Source of the DNA: Octopus vulgaris
Taxonomy: Eukaryota
NCBI GenBank assembly: GCA_951406725.2
Contig: OX597825.1
Location: 60,760,001 to 60,824,000 of the forward strand
Direction: 5' to 3'
DNA length: 64,000 nucleotides
The position numbers were made by a program, and so were the translations under genes. The notes below the pieces were generated by a model, which saw only the letters and a program-made list of their open reading frames with translations, was not told the origin of the DNA and did no database searches. Of the stretch, positions 14,617-28,347 are shown piece by piece. How positions within the stretch are numbered: the first letter of the stretch is position 1; every line of letters begins with the position of its first letter.

Positions 14617-14689
14617 TAGTATATGTAGTTTGCGAGATGGAATTTTCATTAGAGCTTCAGACAAAATGCCCAGTGGCCTTTGTACGAAT

Positions 14690-14835
14690 TCATAACGTTC
14701 TGAGCTTATATTGCACAGTGATCAACTTTGCCTTATACCCTTCTATGGTCATTAGATTAAGTGCCTGCCAAATGCTGGGGTAAATTCCATCGACCTCCGA
14801 TATAAACTGGTAGCCTTGTACGAAAATCTGAAACT
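14690..14835 (+). mobile_element. decayed SINE family C
   Basis: 'cgttctgagc...tcaactttgcctt...attaagtgcc...ctgggg' resembles the family C central domain. Confidence 0.5.
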
Positions 14836-15475
14836 CTCTCGCTCTCTTATATATATATATCATATGTGTGAGTGGTTTTATGTAATACTAATGGAGAAAG
14901 AAAAAGAAACGAAGCTATTTGAAAGTGTCTATATGTGCTTGTGTGTGAGAGATGTTGTGTACGTTCCTGTAGATGACAATGATAAACAAGGATTCAACAG
15001 ATAATATAGACATTTCGACATTGTATGACGGTATTCCTAATCCTTATTGACTGATGCGCTGTATATTCAGTGTTCCATGAAATGCAATACATATTCATAG
15101 TAAAGAAAAAAAAATATAGTGCTGAAGATTTCACTCACTACAGTAAGAGCTGAAATATTTGATACCTAATGTATATGCTTGAAGTCACTGCTACCTTGAA
15201 TATATTTAGCACACACAAATCCACATGTTCATATATGCACGCGTGTACACACATGCGCGAACATGTAGATAAAAAGACAAAATTTAAAGTAAAATAAATA
15301 AAAATAGAGACAGTCGAGAGAGAAATGTATATAAATTTATACATAGATTAATAATATACATACTATTTCACATACATTGAGAGAAAACAGGAGACTGAGA
15401 GAACAGATAATATGCATAAATACATATTCATATGTGTACATGCATATATATATATATATATGTATGTATATATAT

Positions 15476-15517
<42 letters not shown>

Positions 15518-16559
15518 ATATATATACATACATATATATGTAGATATAGGTAACACATATATGTAAATATATATTTATACATATACATATAGAAAGGTAT
15601 AGATTAACACATAAAATATATATACATGTATATATATGCGTATATATGTGTGCATATATACATGTATGCATGTATATATTTATATGTATATTCATACATA
15701 TATGCATGTATATATATATGTATATATATATATATACACTTATATTGATATATATATATACATACACTTATATTGATATATATACACGCTTATGTTGATA
15801 TATATATGCATTTGTGTGTGGAAGGGCATTGTGAGTATGTGCATGTGTGCATATATGTACATATGAATGGATTTATAATGATAGTGAGTGAGAGGTTGAG
15901 AAAGAGATACAGAAAATAGGAAAATGTGAAATGTTAAAAAGATTGAAAGATATATACACAGAGTTGAGAAGGAAAAGAGAGAGAGAGAGCGAAGAGAGAG
16001 GTATAATATCAATATAAATATATTATAGAGAGAGTTGAGAATGGGAGCGAGCAATATTGTAGTTCTCTTATATATTTGCACTATCTACTCCACCTACACA
16101 AATATGATTTAAATATTCGAAGGATTCTGGATGGATGTTACAATGGCTTTCCAATAATTTGCTTTCTTTTGCGTTCTTAATTTTTACTTGATATTTGCTT
16201 AATTTTTACGTTCTTACTCTTACATATTATTTTCTCTTACATGTTAGTTTATTTATATTGTTTACTTTTTACTTCGGTTTTCTCTTGTTGTTGTTGTTGT
16301 TGTCGTTCTGAAGCTTAAACAGAGAAAATCATGATGGAACATAAAAGATTATAGAGAAACAAAATTAACAAAAAAAGAAAAGCAAGAAAATGCAACAAAA
16401 TGTGCATAACAGACAAAATGTTTCCTAAAGCAAAAGTATTTTTTCTTCAAATAGAAAATTAACAAAGAGAAATCAATATTTAAACTGACTGAAGGAAAAT
16501 TCTAGGTAGAGAATCTTTAGGAGCAATTGCGAAAATGTTGTATGTGAAAACAAACAATA

Positions 16560-16830
16560 CTAAGAATCAAATAAAAAATTAATATTTGCAAAGTATTCTT
16601 GTTAAAGTCGATCTCAAAAGTATTGTTTCCATATGCCTTCTGGGTAGTAAAGAATTATAATTTTTTGAACGACATGGAAAGAAATATGACAAAATTGAAT
16701 AATGATAGCTTTTGGTACTGATAGTTTTTGATAAAGCTGTGGCTAATTTTATAGATGAATATATTTTCGTTCTCTTAATAAAAGTGAGAGTTCTTGTTTT
16801 CTTTCGAATCAATAGCATATTGGTCTATTC
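16560..16830 (-). mobile_element. possible decayed Penelope GIY-YIG C-terminus
   Basis: ORF 16579-16818 'KLATALSKTI...YSILSYFFP' resembles the PLE 'T.LSK.IW...WSIL...PY' motif; weak. Confidence 0.3.
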
Positions 16831-17242
16831 AGCACAAACATCAGCGGTTCAATATTGTGTCACCATTATTTCTAGAAGAAAGGCGGTGATTGAGTACACA
16901 GCTTAGCGCAGCAGTTTTGGTAATAGATTAATTTTCGGCGATGGCTGTTTTGCGCTGAGGGCACAGTTAGCCGCACAGACAAGCAGTAACATGCTCAGAC
17001 ATACACAAAACCATACTAATATACATAGACGTACACATGCATAGAAACATACACAGGCATACACATAAAAAGAGCAAAACATTGACACAACTAACAGTAT
17101 AACACATTAAATGTACGACGGAATACATGATGAAATACATAATACAGTGTGACACATCCTATAGACAACAGAACGCATAACGCAATAATACATACAATGT
17201 GTCAGAAAAGACATATATGCACACACATACATATATATATAC

Positions 17243-17304
<62 letters not shown>

Positions 17305-17437
17305 GTACACATATATGTGTATGTGTGTATGTATGCGTATATATATGAATAAATATACATGCATATATGTATATAATGTACACACACATACACCTTCCAT
17401 ATATATATATATATATATATTCTGTTCTATATATATG

Positions 17438-17519
<82 letters not shown>

Positions 17520-18373
17520 AGAACACATAACGGAACACAATACACAATTGTAGAACTCTATGCATTTCAAAACACATCCTAGAGATTAAAAGTGCTAAAG
17601 CGGCGCAACGAAAATAAACACAGATCCAAACAGTGCATAATAGAGAAATATCTATGAGCAACACATCAAACATAGTTACATATATCAATAAAAGAATACT
17701 CACATAGCAACACATACCTCCGCACAACAACATGTAGCAAAATCGAAATGCAAAAAAAAAAAAAAAATACTAGTTTAAACAATTTTTGAATAGAAGGCAC
17801 ATTATTTGTTATTCGATTCATGCTTTCGGAGAATTGTGCATTAGTTTTCTGCCTGAAAACTGAAATCTCTTGATCTGCTATAAATATACATCAGCTCTGT
17901 TGTATAATGAACTTTCCAGATCCTATCACGCTTACCTTTCCGTTCTCATTCCGTATGTATGCGCATGAAAATGCTTATACATACATGACTATAACAATAT
18001 ATATATATATATATATACATATATTACGATATGTGCAATAAATGTTATATGACATACGCATGCAAATATCTTTTATAGATGTGTTGTATCGGAATAATAA
18101 GTATAAAGTGCTAAATACTTATGTACGTATAATACTGGTATGAGAACATACATGTATGCGCGCTTGCATAGATATTTAAGTGTGGGAGCTGAATAAAACT
18201 GCGGACCCCAGTGTAAGACAAGTCGAAATAATTGATGTATTTGTATCACTGGAATACAGAAGCATACATATACGCACGCGCGCGCGCACACGCACACAGA
18301 AACACACACATACACACACTCACATTCACATGTGTACAAGCATACATATCTGTATATATTCTTATATTTTTTA

Positions 18374-18565
18374 ATTCTTTTACTTGTTTCAGTCATTCGG
18401 TGAAGGCCATGTTACGACACCAGCTTGAAAAATTTTAGTGGAACAAATCAGCCTTGGTATAAGGTTGGTATTTATTCAATCTGTTCTCTTGCCGAAACGC
18501 TAGGTTACGGGGACATAAACACACCAACACTGGTTTCCAAGCGGTTGTGAGGGACAAATATACAC
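18374..18565 (-). mobile_element. SINE family A 3' half (diverged)
   Basis: 'ttttacttgtttcagtcatt...ttgccgaaacgctaggttacggggacataaacacacc'. Confidence 0.8.
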
Positions 18566-18687
18566 ATATTCATACGTATTTGTGTGTAGAGAAATATGTG
18601 TGTAGAGAAATATTAATTGATATATGTATGCTTATATATACATACATATATTTATATATATATGTATATATATAAATATACATATAC

Positions 18688-18731
<44 letters not shown>

Positions 18732-18795
18732 ACCTATATATATATATATATTATATTAATCAAAATAAAAATAAAAACATGATACCAAGGATTCA

Positions 18796-18873
18796 GCGGT
18801 ACATATGTTTCAGGCCTTTATTAGACGGATTTATAACAATGCATAATGTGTGTCTACGGCCTTCTTCAGCCGC
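18796..18873 (-). ncRNA. minimal type I hammerhead ribozyme motif
   Basis: Minus strand: GCGG-CUGAAGA-AGGCC(guagac...gucuaauaaa)GGCCU-GAAAC-AUAU-GUA^CCGC. Core intact; stems I and II pair. Confidence 0.85.
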
Positions 18874-19019
18874 GTACAATTACTACCTCAAGGACATGTA
18901 TTACATCAAAAATTCTACGTTGGGGATGCAAACCCTCTCATTCGCGTACGACATAATGCAGCACCTACACCACCAAACGGTATATACAGGTGCTTACAAT
19001 TATCAAGTACTCACCCTGA

Positions 19020-19292
<273 letters not shown>

Positions 19293-19386
19293 TTTATTAT
19301 GCTAGAGCTGCTGGATGTTTTTTTTCCTTAAATTCTTCACACTGACGATAATGACAATACATAACTTTAATTATAATAGTTATGAT

Positions 19387-19542
19387 AATAATTTTTTCTT
19401 ACATATTTGTATTGCGTTTTCTAAAGTTCGTATGTACTTATTAAATGTAATTTTGAATTTTTAACATGTTTTCTCCATTTTTATAATTGTTCATGATATC
19501 TTTATATCTATAACGAACTTTTTCTAAATATATATATATATA

Positions 19543-19608
<66 letters not shown>

Positions 19609-19787
19609 CATTCATAGATATCATATTATTCGATAATTATAATTTTTTCTTACATATTTGTATTGCGTTTTCTAAAGTTCGTATGTACTTATTAAATGTA
19701 ATTTTGACTTTTTAACAGGTTTTCTCCATTTTTATAATTGTTCATGATATCTTTATATCTATAACGAACTTTTTCTAAATATATATA

Positions 19788-19863
<76 letters not shown>

Positions 19864-19904
19864 ACATATATATATACATACATTCATAGATATCATATTA
19901 TTCG
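19387..19904. repeat. tandem duplication, 2 x ~250-270 bp, each ending in (TA)n
   Basis: 'ttttttcttacatatttgtattgcg...ttttctaaat(at)n...cattcatagatatcatattattcga' occurs twice, nearly identical. Confidence 0.95.
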
Positions 19905-20134
19905 AATTTGTCAGCCATCGTCGCAGTATCTTTGTGACAAAACGTTAAAAAACCAAGTAAAATTATTGAAGTAAAGTGCATAAAACCTCTTTGAATCTGG
20001 CTTAAAGGCGTAGCTAAGTGATCGACTGCTGTGCACGTACATCTCATCTGCAGGTTAGTTCCAGCGCATGCAATTCGGAAACTTCTTTGTAATACATTGC
20101 ATGTGTGTTTGCATGAATAAATGTATATATGTGA

Positions 20135-20166
<32 letters not shown>

Positions 20167-20363
20167 ATGTGTGTGTGCGTGAATAATGTGTGCATATATA
20201 TATACATACATTTATATAGTTCACAGACGGATTTCAGAGATTCACCATACGGTAAACATGTAGTGGGGTTCAAAAGATTCAAACTTAGAAACCGATGTCG
20301 TTATAATAGAGCATTCCACGTGGTAAAAAAGGGTTATAAGAGGCATCAAGTTGAGCGAATATA

Positions 20364-20512
20364 GAGGCAATTATGCGGATAAACAAACAATACACATCAA
20401 ATTTATTAGATATATAAAATACATCTGATACAAAGTATGTATTTTGTATTTGATATATGTGACATATTTAATATATTTGATGTGTATAGTTTGTTTCTCC
20501 GCATAATTGCCT
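20364..20512. repeat. inverted repeat with ~38-bp arms
   Basis: aggcaattatgcggataaacaaacaatacacatcaaat ... atttgatgtgtatagtttgtttctccgcataattgcct. Confidence 0.8.
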
Positions 20513-20555
20513 TTTCTCCCTCTCTCTCACTCTCTCTCACTCTCCCTTCTACCTA

Positions 20556-20601
<46 letters not shown>

Positions 20602-20611
20602 ATACATGGAC

Positions 20612-21080
<469 letters not shown>

Positions 21081-21113
21081 ATATATGTACATACCTACTT
21101 ATACATGCATATA

Positions 21114-21630
21114 TGTGTACAGGAGGTCAAAAAAGTGTGAGCGAAATGAAAAACTAGAACATAAAAAACAAAAATATGGAAAACGAACTTTTTTTCGAAC
21201 AACCAAGGAAACATGGAGAAACAAGACAGGCAACACAATAAGTAGGTCATATTACAAGAGATAAGACCTACTTTCGCCTGTCTCCTGTCTTAGATCCTTT
21301 CTCCAGCGTTCACCACTTTACCTCGTTATGGCTTAACAACCCTCATCGTTTATTTTTTACTGTTTTGATCTTACTGTCCTGTTTTTGTTACCAATTTAAC
21401 CCTCCGCAAAAATCTCAAATTTTATTTAATTTGCTTTGCGGGAAGGACTGTTTTAACAAAGACGCGTCTTGTGCCTTCGAAACGCGGTGTAGATAAAACA
21501 AGGAACCACTGATGAAGGGATTGTTCTTTATGTTGCCTGTCTCGTTTCTGTATTTGTTTTTTCGCTGTTCGAGAAAAAGTTCGTTTCCAATGTTTTGCAT
21601 TTTTGTTCACGTTTTTTGACGTCCTGTACA
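21114..21630 (+). mobile_element. non-autonomous element with long imperfect terminal inverted repeats (family E)
   Basis: Begins tgtgtacaggaggtcaaaaaa and ends ttttttgacgtcctgtacaca. Body 'ccctccgcaaaa...ttaatttgctttgcgggaagga' is shared with 45760-46120; the end is shared with 25435-25620. Confidence 0.75.
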
Positions 21631-21639
21631 CATATATGC

Positions 21640-21684
<45 letters not shown>

Positions 21685-21706
21685 GGTATGTACATATATG
21701 TATGCA

Positions 21707-21756
<50 letters not shown>

Positions 21757-21955
21757 TGTGTACATATATATATATAATTTTAACATTGGATAAAATCTTT
21801 ATAAGAATTTATCAAGTAGTTACAGTGAAAAACTTCATAAGAGGACAATCCATCAAATTTTCTCTTAAATATATTTATTAAATGCCACACGTTAGGAGGA
21901 ACTCTTAAACTCAAAACTACCAAAATAAAACTACCCGTCAAGAAAATGTAGTATT

Positions 21956-22069
21956 AAGTCTTTGGTCAACCCCTGGCTATAGCAGAACACACGTGCCCAA
22001 GATGCCATTTAGTGGCACTAAACCAGGAACCATGTGGTTGGGAAGCAATCTTCTTACCACACAGCCACT
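21956..22069 (-). mobile_element. SINE family A 5' part
   Basis: 'ggctatagcagaacacacgtgcccaagatgcc...ggaaccatgtggttgg...cttaccacacagccact'. Confidence 0.85.
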
Positions 22070-22148
22070 ATATCTATCTATCTATTTACACACACAGACG
22101 GGTGCGCGCTACACACACATACACACACAAACACACACACACACACAT

Positions 22149-22241
<93 letters not shown>

Positions 22242-22525
22242 TTCTTCTTTTATTGTTTCAGTCATTTGACTGCGATGCACACCGCCTTAGTCACTCACCG
22301 AACTTTTTAACCAGTACTTTCTATCGGTCTTTTGCCGAACCGCTATGAGACGTAAACACACCAGCATCGGTCGTCAAGCAATCTAGGACAAACACACATA
22401 TATATATATACATATACGACGCTTCTTCAGTCGCACCCTGGCATTGGCGGCGACTATAGCGAAGACACTTGCCAAGATACGCAGTGGACTGAACCAGAAC
22501 CATGTGGGTGTACTTACCACAGCCT
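22242..22525 (-). mobile_element. SINE family A copy riddled with small deletions
   Basis: Colinear with 23121-23551 but ~150 bp shorter through many 1-10 nt deletions. Confidence 0.85.
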
Positions 22526-22536
22526 GTAATAACAAA

Positions 22537-22742
22537 CACTATTTTGCAAAACAAACAAGGAAAGACTTAATCAATACATAAAATTTTAATGCACTACATA
22601 ATTTGAAACTGACTTGAAAATCGGAAATCCACCTGAAGATTGTCGATCAAGACATGAAACAATTGTAGTGGCGGTTTTTTTACTTTTTATTAAAATTTTA
22701 TGTATTGATTAAGTCTTTCCTTGTTTGTTTTGCAAAATAGTG
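22537..22742. mobile_element. perfect 54-bp inverted repeat enclosing a hammerhead motif (PLE pseudo-LTR-like mini-element)
   Basis: 22537-22590 is the exact reverse complement of 22689-22742. Confidence 0.85.
22629..22671 (+). ncRNA. minimal type I hammerhead ribozyme motif
   Basis: CCAC-CUGAAGA-U-UGUC(gaucaa)GACA-U-GAAAC-AAUU-GUA^GUGG; palindromic stem III ACAAUUGU. Confidence 0.82.
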
Positions 22743-23120
22743 GTTTTGTCTCTAATTATATTATATAATATTTTACTATAAAATTGGATTTACCCTAAAT
22801 CTGATTTTTTTCCTGTAAATTTGAATTTATTCCCTAATATTTATTATATATATAATATTTACTATATATATAATATATATATATATATATTATATATAAC
22901 ATTTACTGATAGGGAGAGACTATGCAATTAGTAGAATTAATTTTTTTTATTCGGTCTTTTGTGTGTGATATAGTTGTGTATGTGTGTTTGCTTGTGTTGC
23001 GCTTGATTTGGTCATGTTTGTGTAATTTGGCTGTGTGTATATGTCTATGTATTTATATATGTGTGTGTCAGTGTGTGTGATTTTGTTGTATGTAAATTGT
23101 TTGCATTTAGTTTAACTGTA

Positions 23121-23333
23121 TTACTCTTTTACTCTTTTACTTGCTTCAGTCATTTGACTGCGGCCATGCTGGAGCACCGCCTTTAGTCGAGCAAATCGAC
23201 CCCTGGACTTATTCTTTGTAAGCCCAGTACTTATTCTATCGGTCTCTTTTGCCGAACCGCTAAGTGACGGGGGACGTAAACACACCAGCATCGGTTGTCA
23301 AGCAATGCTAGGGGGACAAACACAGACACACAA

Positions 23334-23391
<58 letters not shown>

Positions 23392-23551
23392 GACAGGCTT
23401 CTTTCAGTTTACGTCTACTAAATCCACTTACAAGGCATTGGTCGGCCCGGGGCTATAGCAGAAGACACTTGCCCAAGATGCCACGCAGTGGGACTGAACC
23501 CGGAACCATGTGGTAGGTTAGCAAGCTACTTACCACACAGCCACTCCTGCG
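23121..23551 (-). mobile_element. full-length SINE family A (young; close to the 13431 copy)
   Basis: Shares diagnostic 'agcaatgctaggggg' and 'ggcattggtcg' with 13431-13925. Confidence 0.95.
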
Positions 23552-23959
23552 TATTCTTTTTTTTATTCATATTTGAGTCTTAATTCTGCGGAGAACTGGT
23601 TTACGTGATTTAGTTCTGTGTGGTGGTTACTTGTAATTACGATGTCTGATCCCTGCACGTTTTGTGCAAAAATATAAAAAAAAAATCACGAGAAACAATA
23701 AAGTAAAAGAAATACTTAAGACGTATGGCGACCACAAATTCGACAAGTTTCAAGTTAGAGCATCTATGTGTGTGCGGTGTGTTGATTGGATGTTTATCCT
23801 AGTTTGTAAACATCGGACGTACATCTCATCAACATAAGTCTATAAATTACATTTAAAATTTATTATCATAAAATGTCCCTCATTATGGAAGCCACAAATG
23901 TAATGACGTCAATTTCGTGAAGGATGTTCCATAGTTTTTGTTTTTTTTTTCTTTTTAGG

Positions 23960-24263
23960 AAAGTCTCTTCGTCGTTTCACTTGCACTGTCTCTGTCTTTC
24001 TTTTACTGTTTTTCACTTCTGTCTCTTTTTTGTTTATCAGCCACTCCCTTTAATCCCTTTATTTTCTCTTTATCTCATTCTCCTCTTGATTTGTCTCCTT
24101 CTCTCTCATCCATTTTCTAGTTCTCTTCTCTCTCTCTCACCCTCTCTTTTCTGTTTTCTACTCTCTTTCTCTCTCCCTCACTCTCACTTCATTTTCTCTC
24201 ACATTTTCTGTTTTCCCTCCTCATCTCCTTCCCGCTTTCTCACAGTCTCCCTCCTCGTATCTT

Positions 24264-24300
<37 letters not shown>

Positions 24301-24530
24301 TACTCTTCCTACATATTATCTATCACTTAGTCTTTTTCACTCCACGCCAGTCTCCTCTTTTCTCTCTCACTCTTCTCTCAAGCTCTTCTTCCTTTTATCA
24401 CACTGCTTTCTCTTTTCTCAATAAACCGATCTTTCTCACTCCCTTCCCTCGCTGTTTCCTGCTTTCTCTCTCTCTCTCCTTTCTCCCCTCTCATTCCCTC
24501 TCTCCCTTACTCTCCTTGTGTCCTTCGTAA
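23960..24530 (+). repeat. long polypyrimidine (CT-rich) low-complexity tract
   Basis: Directly visible; gives the S/L/F-rich ORF 23924-24424. Confidence 0.85.
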
Positions 24531-24862
24531 TTCTTCATCTAGTATTGTCTTGATCATTAATAATCTTCTCTCTTCTCCAACGCCAATAATATTTTGACAT
24601 TTCCAATCAATTTGCCAATAGGTGATTATTTATAAACAACCGAAATAACTTGAAGATGATGCTAAAAACAAAACCGGAGAAGACTGAATATATTTCAGTA
24701 AAATATTTCTAGAAACATAGGAAATGTAGAAATTCCATAAGTGTTTATAAGAGATGGTTGATAAGTGCAAGTTGGAACAGCCAAATGTAAATTGTGAAGA
24801 TTTCATAAAATATAATCAGTGTTATATGTGCGTGTATGTATGTATGTATGTGTGCGTGTATG

Positions 24863-24893
<31 letters not shown>

Positions 24894-25090
24894 CCTTTTT
24901 AACCTTCTACATATATATATATATAGAGAGAGAGAGGTTATGAGAGGTAATGGCGTCAATAATAACCAAGGTGTCAGGTAATGCTGAGTAAGTAGTATGG
25001 ATAGACTATAGTTAAGCTCCAGGTTCGGTGATTATGCAAATAAGGAGTCCAACGTTGGTCATAATCAGCATGTGTATGTATAAAGAATTT

Positions 25091-25311
25091 CTTTTTCAGA
25101 ATAAGATAAAAAGCCAAGGCTATGAAGATTTTAGAACATTTATAAATAGGTTTTGCAGCTGTTTCCAGGATATTTATTATATCCCTTCATCATTTTCTCA
25201 CACCGTCTCCGATGAAGAGATATAATAAATATTCTGGAAACAGCTGTAACATCTATTTATAAATGTTCTAAAATCTTCACAGCCTTGGTTTTTTATTTTA
25301 TTTTGAAAAAG
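25091..25311. mobile_element. ~100-bp-arm fold-back element containing a decayed hammerhead in each arm
   Basis: 25091-25191 is approximately the reverse complement of 25211-25311. Right side: gtct-CCGAUGA-a-gagauau(aauaa)auauucu-g-GAAAC-AGCU-GUA. Confidence 0.8.
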
Positions 25312-25434
25312 ATTATATATATATATAGAACAAACTTACTCTCGTGTAATAACAAATTAATAAATAAAACATATGCATATATACATACATATATGTATGT
25401 ACCTATATCTACATGTATATATACATGCATATAT

Positions 25435-25620
25435 GGGTACAGGACACCAAAAAAACGTTGAACACAAAGAGAAACGAAAACATAAACACAAAACCAAGGA
25501 ACTGGACATTTTTCTTAAACTACGAAAAAATAGAAAACAGGACAAATAACACAAGGAAAATTCCCCTTCTTCAGTCGCCATGGTTTCATTTACTCCGTCT
25601 TTCGAAGGTGTCGAATATGT
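25435..25620 (-). mobile_element. family E terminal fragment
   Basis: 'gggtacaggacaccaaaaaaacgttgaacac...aaaattccccttcttcagtc...tttcgaagg' is the reverse complement of the 21470-21630 and 45975-46120 type. Confidence 0.7.
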
Positions 25621-25676
25621 ATATATGCATATGTTTTATTTATTAATTTGGTATATATATATATATATATATGAAC

Positions 25677-25710
<34 letters not shown>

Positions 25711-25727
25711 GTGTGTGTGTGTATGTA

Positions 25728-25768
<41 letters not shown>

Positions 25769-26582
25769 GTATATATAATGTACTTATACATGCATTTGGA
25801 TATGCATGTATCTATCAATTGATCTATCTATCTATATATACTTACATAGATACGTGTGTGTGTGTGAGTGTGTTTGTGTATTGCAATGTATACCAGTCTA
25901 CTGATGAAATGCGAACGGTTGGAATATATATGGCAGAGAGTATTCATTTATTATTCTATTAATCTGTTAATCCATTTCATACTCTTGATATAAAAGGAAA
26001 ATCCTTCAATAATATTTGAAAACTGTGGATTTTATCATTCCTTTTCTTTATTTTTTTGTTCTAATGGAAATTCTCAACAACAAAACAGGAGGAGAATATA
26101 TTTTTAAACATAATTATGGAATATAAGCCAAAGAAGGAAAATGAGAAAGCGGGGAAGGTGGGAGGTGGAATAACAACAAGAAGAAGAAAATGGAGAAATA
26201 GTTAAACTACAAAAAGAAAATGAAAAGGGAAGAGAAAAAATTGAAATGTTAATGATAATGATAATAATGATGATGAAGGGGACCAGAAAGATGAGAGGAT
26301 TTAGGATAATGATGACGATGTCGATGACAATGACGTTGAGCTAGTTTTCAACGACGATGATGTCAACTGATTATGAGCAAAACAAGAAAAAAATGAAATT
26401 ATAATAAATTCCTCATTTATAAATGATATTGTGCTTTTTCATTTGTTCGACGCATTAGAATTAAAATGAAAGTGGAATTTAAAGCTTTTAAAGTTAAACT
26501 TATTAGAAAATTGAACTATTGTGCATAGTCTGAGGCATGCACGATAGTTTGATCCTTGCGAACAACCGTATGAGAGCATGTA

Positions 26583-26968
26583 TCTCTCTCTATATAAACG
26601 GCAGTTTGTCTGTGTGTGTTTCTGTGTGTCTGTTTGGTTGTACCCTCACTCTGACCACGGCTTTCAACCGATTCTGATGAAACTTGACACACACATAGCC
26701 CAATGTCATAATTCAAAACTAACGCAGCGAAAATTCTGAAAAGTTCCCCCAGTTCTGAAAAAGATCGATGAATTCGACATGGGGTCGACTATCAGAAACA
26801 CAAACCACAGATGGTCTAGGGGACGCAACTCGACCTTTTTAACTATCAAAAAAAACTTTACCATAATTTTTTTCCCCATTTTTTTGCTATTTTTTGGCTA
26901 CAACTCTCTAAAAATGCTTTATAGTTATTTCCCTTAGAAACCCGAGCAACGCCGGGCGATACTGCTAG
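26583..26968 (+). mobile_element. non-autonomous Helitron
   Basis: 5' TC(TCTCTCTATATAAA), subterminal GC hairpin cccgagcaacgccggg, 3' CTAG, inserted between A (26582) and T (26969), no TSD. Confidence 0.9.
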
Positions 26969-27052
26969 TATAATATAAATGCCTAAAATTTATTTATGAA
27001 ATATATATATCTTATAGGTGGAGGAGTGACTGTGTAAAGCAGAAATAAATAA

Positions 27053-27101
<49 letters not shown>

Positions 27102-27164
27102 AAATCTATTTGCTAACGCAAAGGGGCAGTCCTAAAGAGAAATGATGGGTTCTGATTCAGAACT

Positions 27165-27352
27165 GAGGCCAGAAATTTTGAGGAGAGGGTGCTTAATCGA
27201 TTTCATTAGACCCAATACTTGACTGTTATCTTATTTTATCATTTCGGAAAGATTGAAAAGCGGCGCTAGCCTCGGCAACATTTGAACTCAGAATGTAATG
27301 AATAGGAACCAATACCGCAAAGCAATTTTTCCGACTAACGATTCCGCCAGTT
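27165..27352 (-). mobile_element. decayed SINE family C
   Basis: 'cctcggcaacatttgaactcagaatgta...ctaacgattccgccag'. Confidence 0.7.
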
Positions 27353-27483
27353 GTAATGACAAAATAATGATATATGTAATAGGCTAGCGATCAACAGTCT
27401 CTCTCGTTATATGACATTATTACACACACGCGAGCACTCACTCATTCACTCCCTCCCTCATATATATATATAGATATACATAC

Positions 27484-27594
<111 letters not shown>

Positions 27595-28347
27595 GTTAAA
27601 TGCAACAAGTTGCTCAAAACCACATACCGAAAATATTAGAAATAGCAGCCAAAATTGGTTACTATTTCCTCTACTAGTAAAAAGTCTCCACAAACAAAAA
27701 GGCAGAATTATAGACGACTCGTTTCGACAAATCTACTAGGTGAAATTGATTAATTTTATTAAATTAATTATATTCCACCCTTTATTGAATACTGAATACT
27801 TTTGCTCCCTTACAAGTTATCTCCGAATTTTTCGTTTCGTTGGTAATGTTTTTGTGGCTCACGTGGTAGATTTTGGAGGGAAATACGAATTCGCATGTCG
27901 GCATAGATGTACGAATGCTAGCAGTTCCGTTAAGCCGTCCGATGTTGCAGATCGTACTGGTGTAACGGGTAAGTTTTTTCCCCTAGCATTTCTAGATCTA
28001 TAGGAAATATTATATTGACAAGGAAATGAACCTTCGGTTCTAATCCAGAAACGAGTCGTCTATAATTAATCCAGAGGCTGGGTTTTCGTTATTTTCTGCC
28101 TTTTTGCCATATACAGCTTACAAATTCTGTTTGTTTGTGGAGACTTTTTACTAGTAGAGGAAATAGTAACCAATTTTGGCTGCTATTTCTAATATTTTCG
28201 GTATGTGGTTTTGAGCAACTTGTTGCATTTAACCCTTTATTATAATTATTATAACCCTTACCAAATATGGTCTTTTCCATACCGACAAATCTACTAGGTG
28301 AAATTGATTAATTTTATTAAATTAATTATATTCCACCCTTTATTGAA

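Noticed and set aside
16903-16961. Short hairpin cttagcgca...tgcgctgag as a pre-miRNA
   Set aside because: Only ~14 bp pair, the upper stem is poor, and I recognise no mature miRNA.
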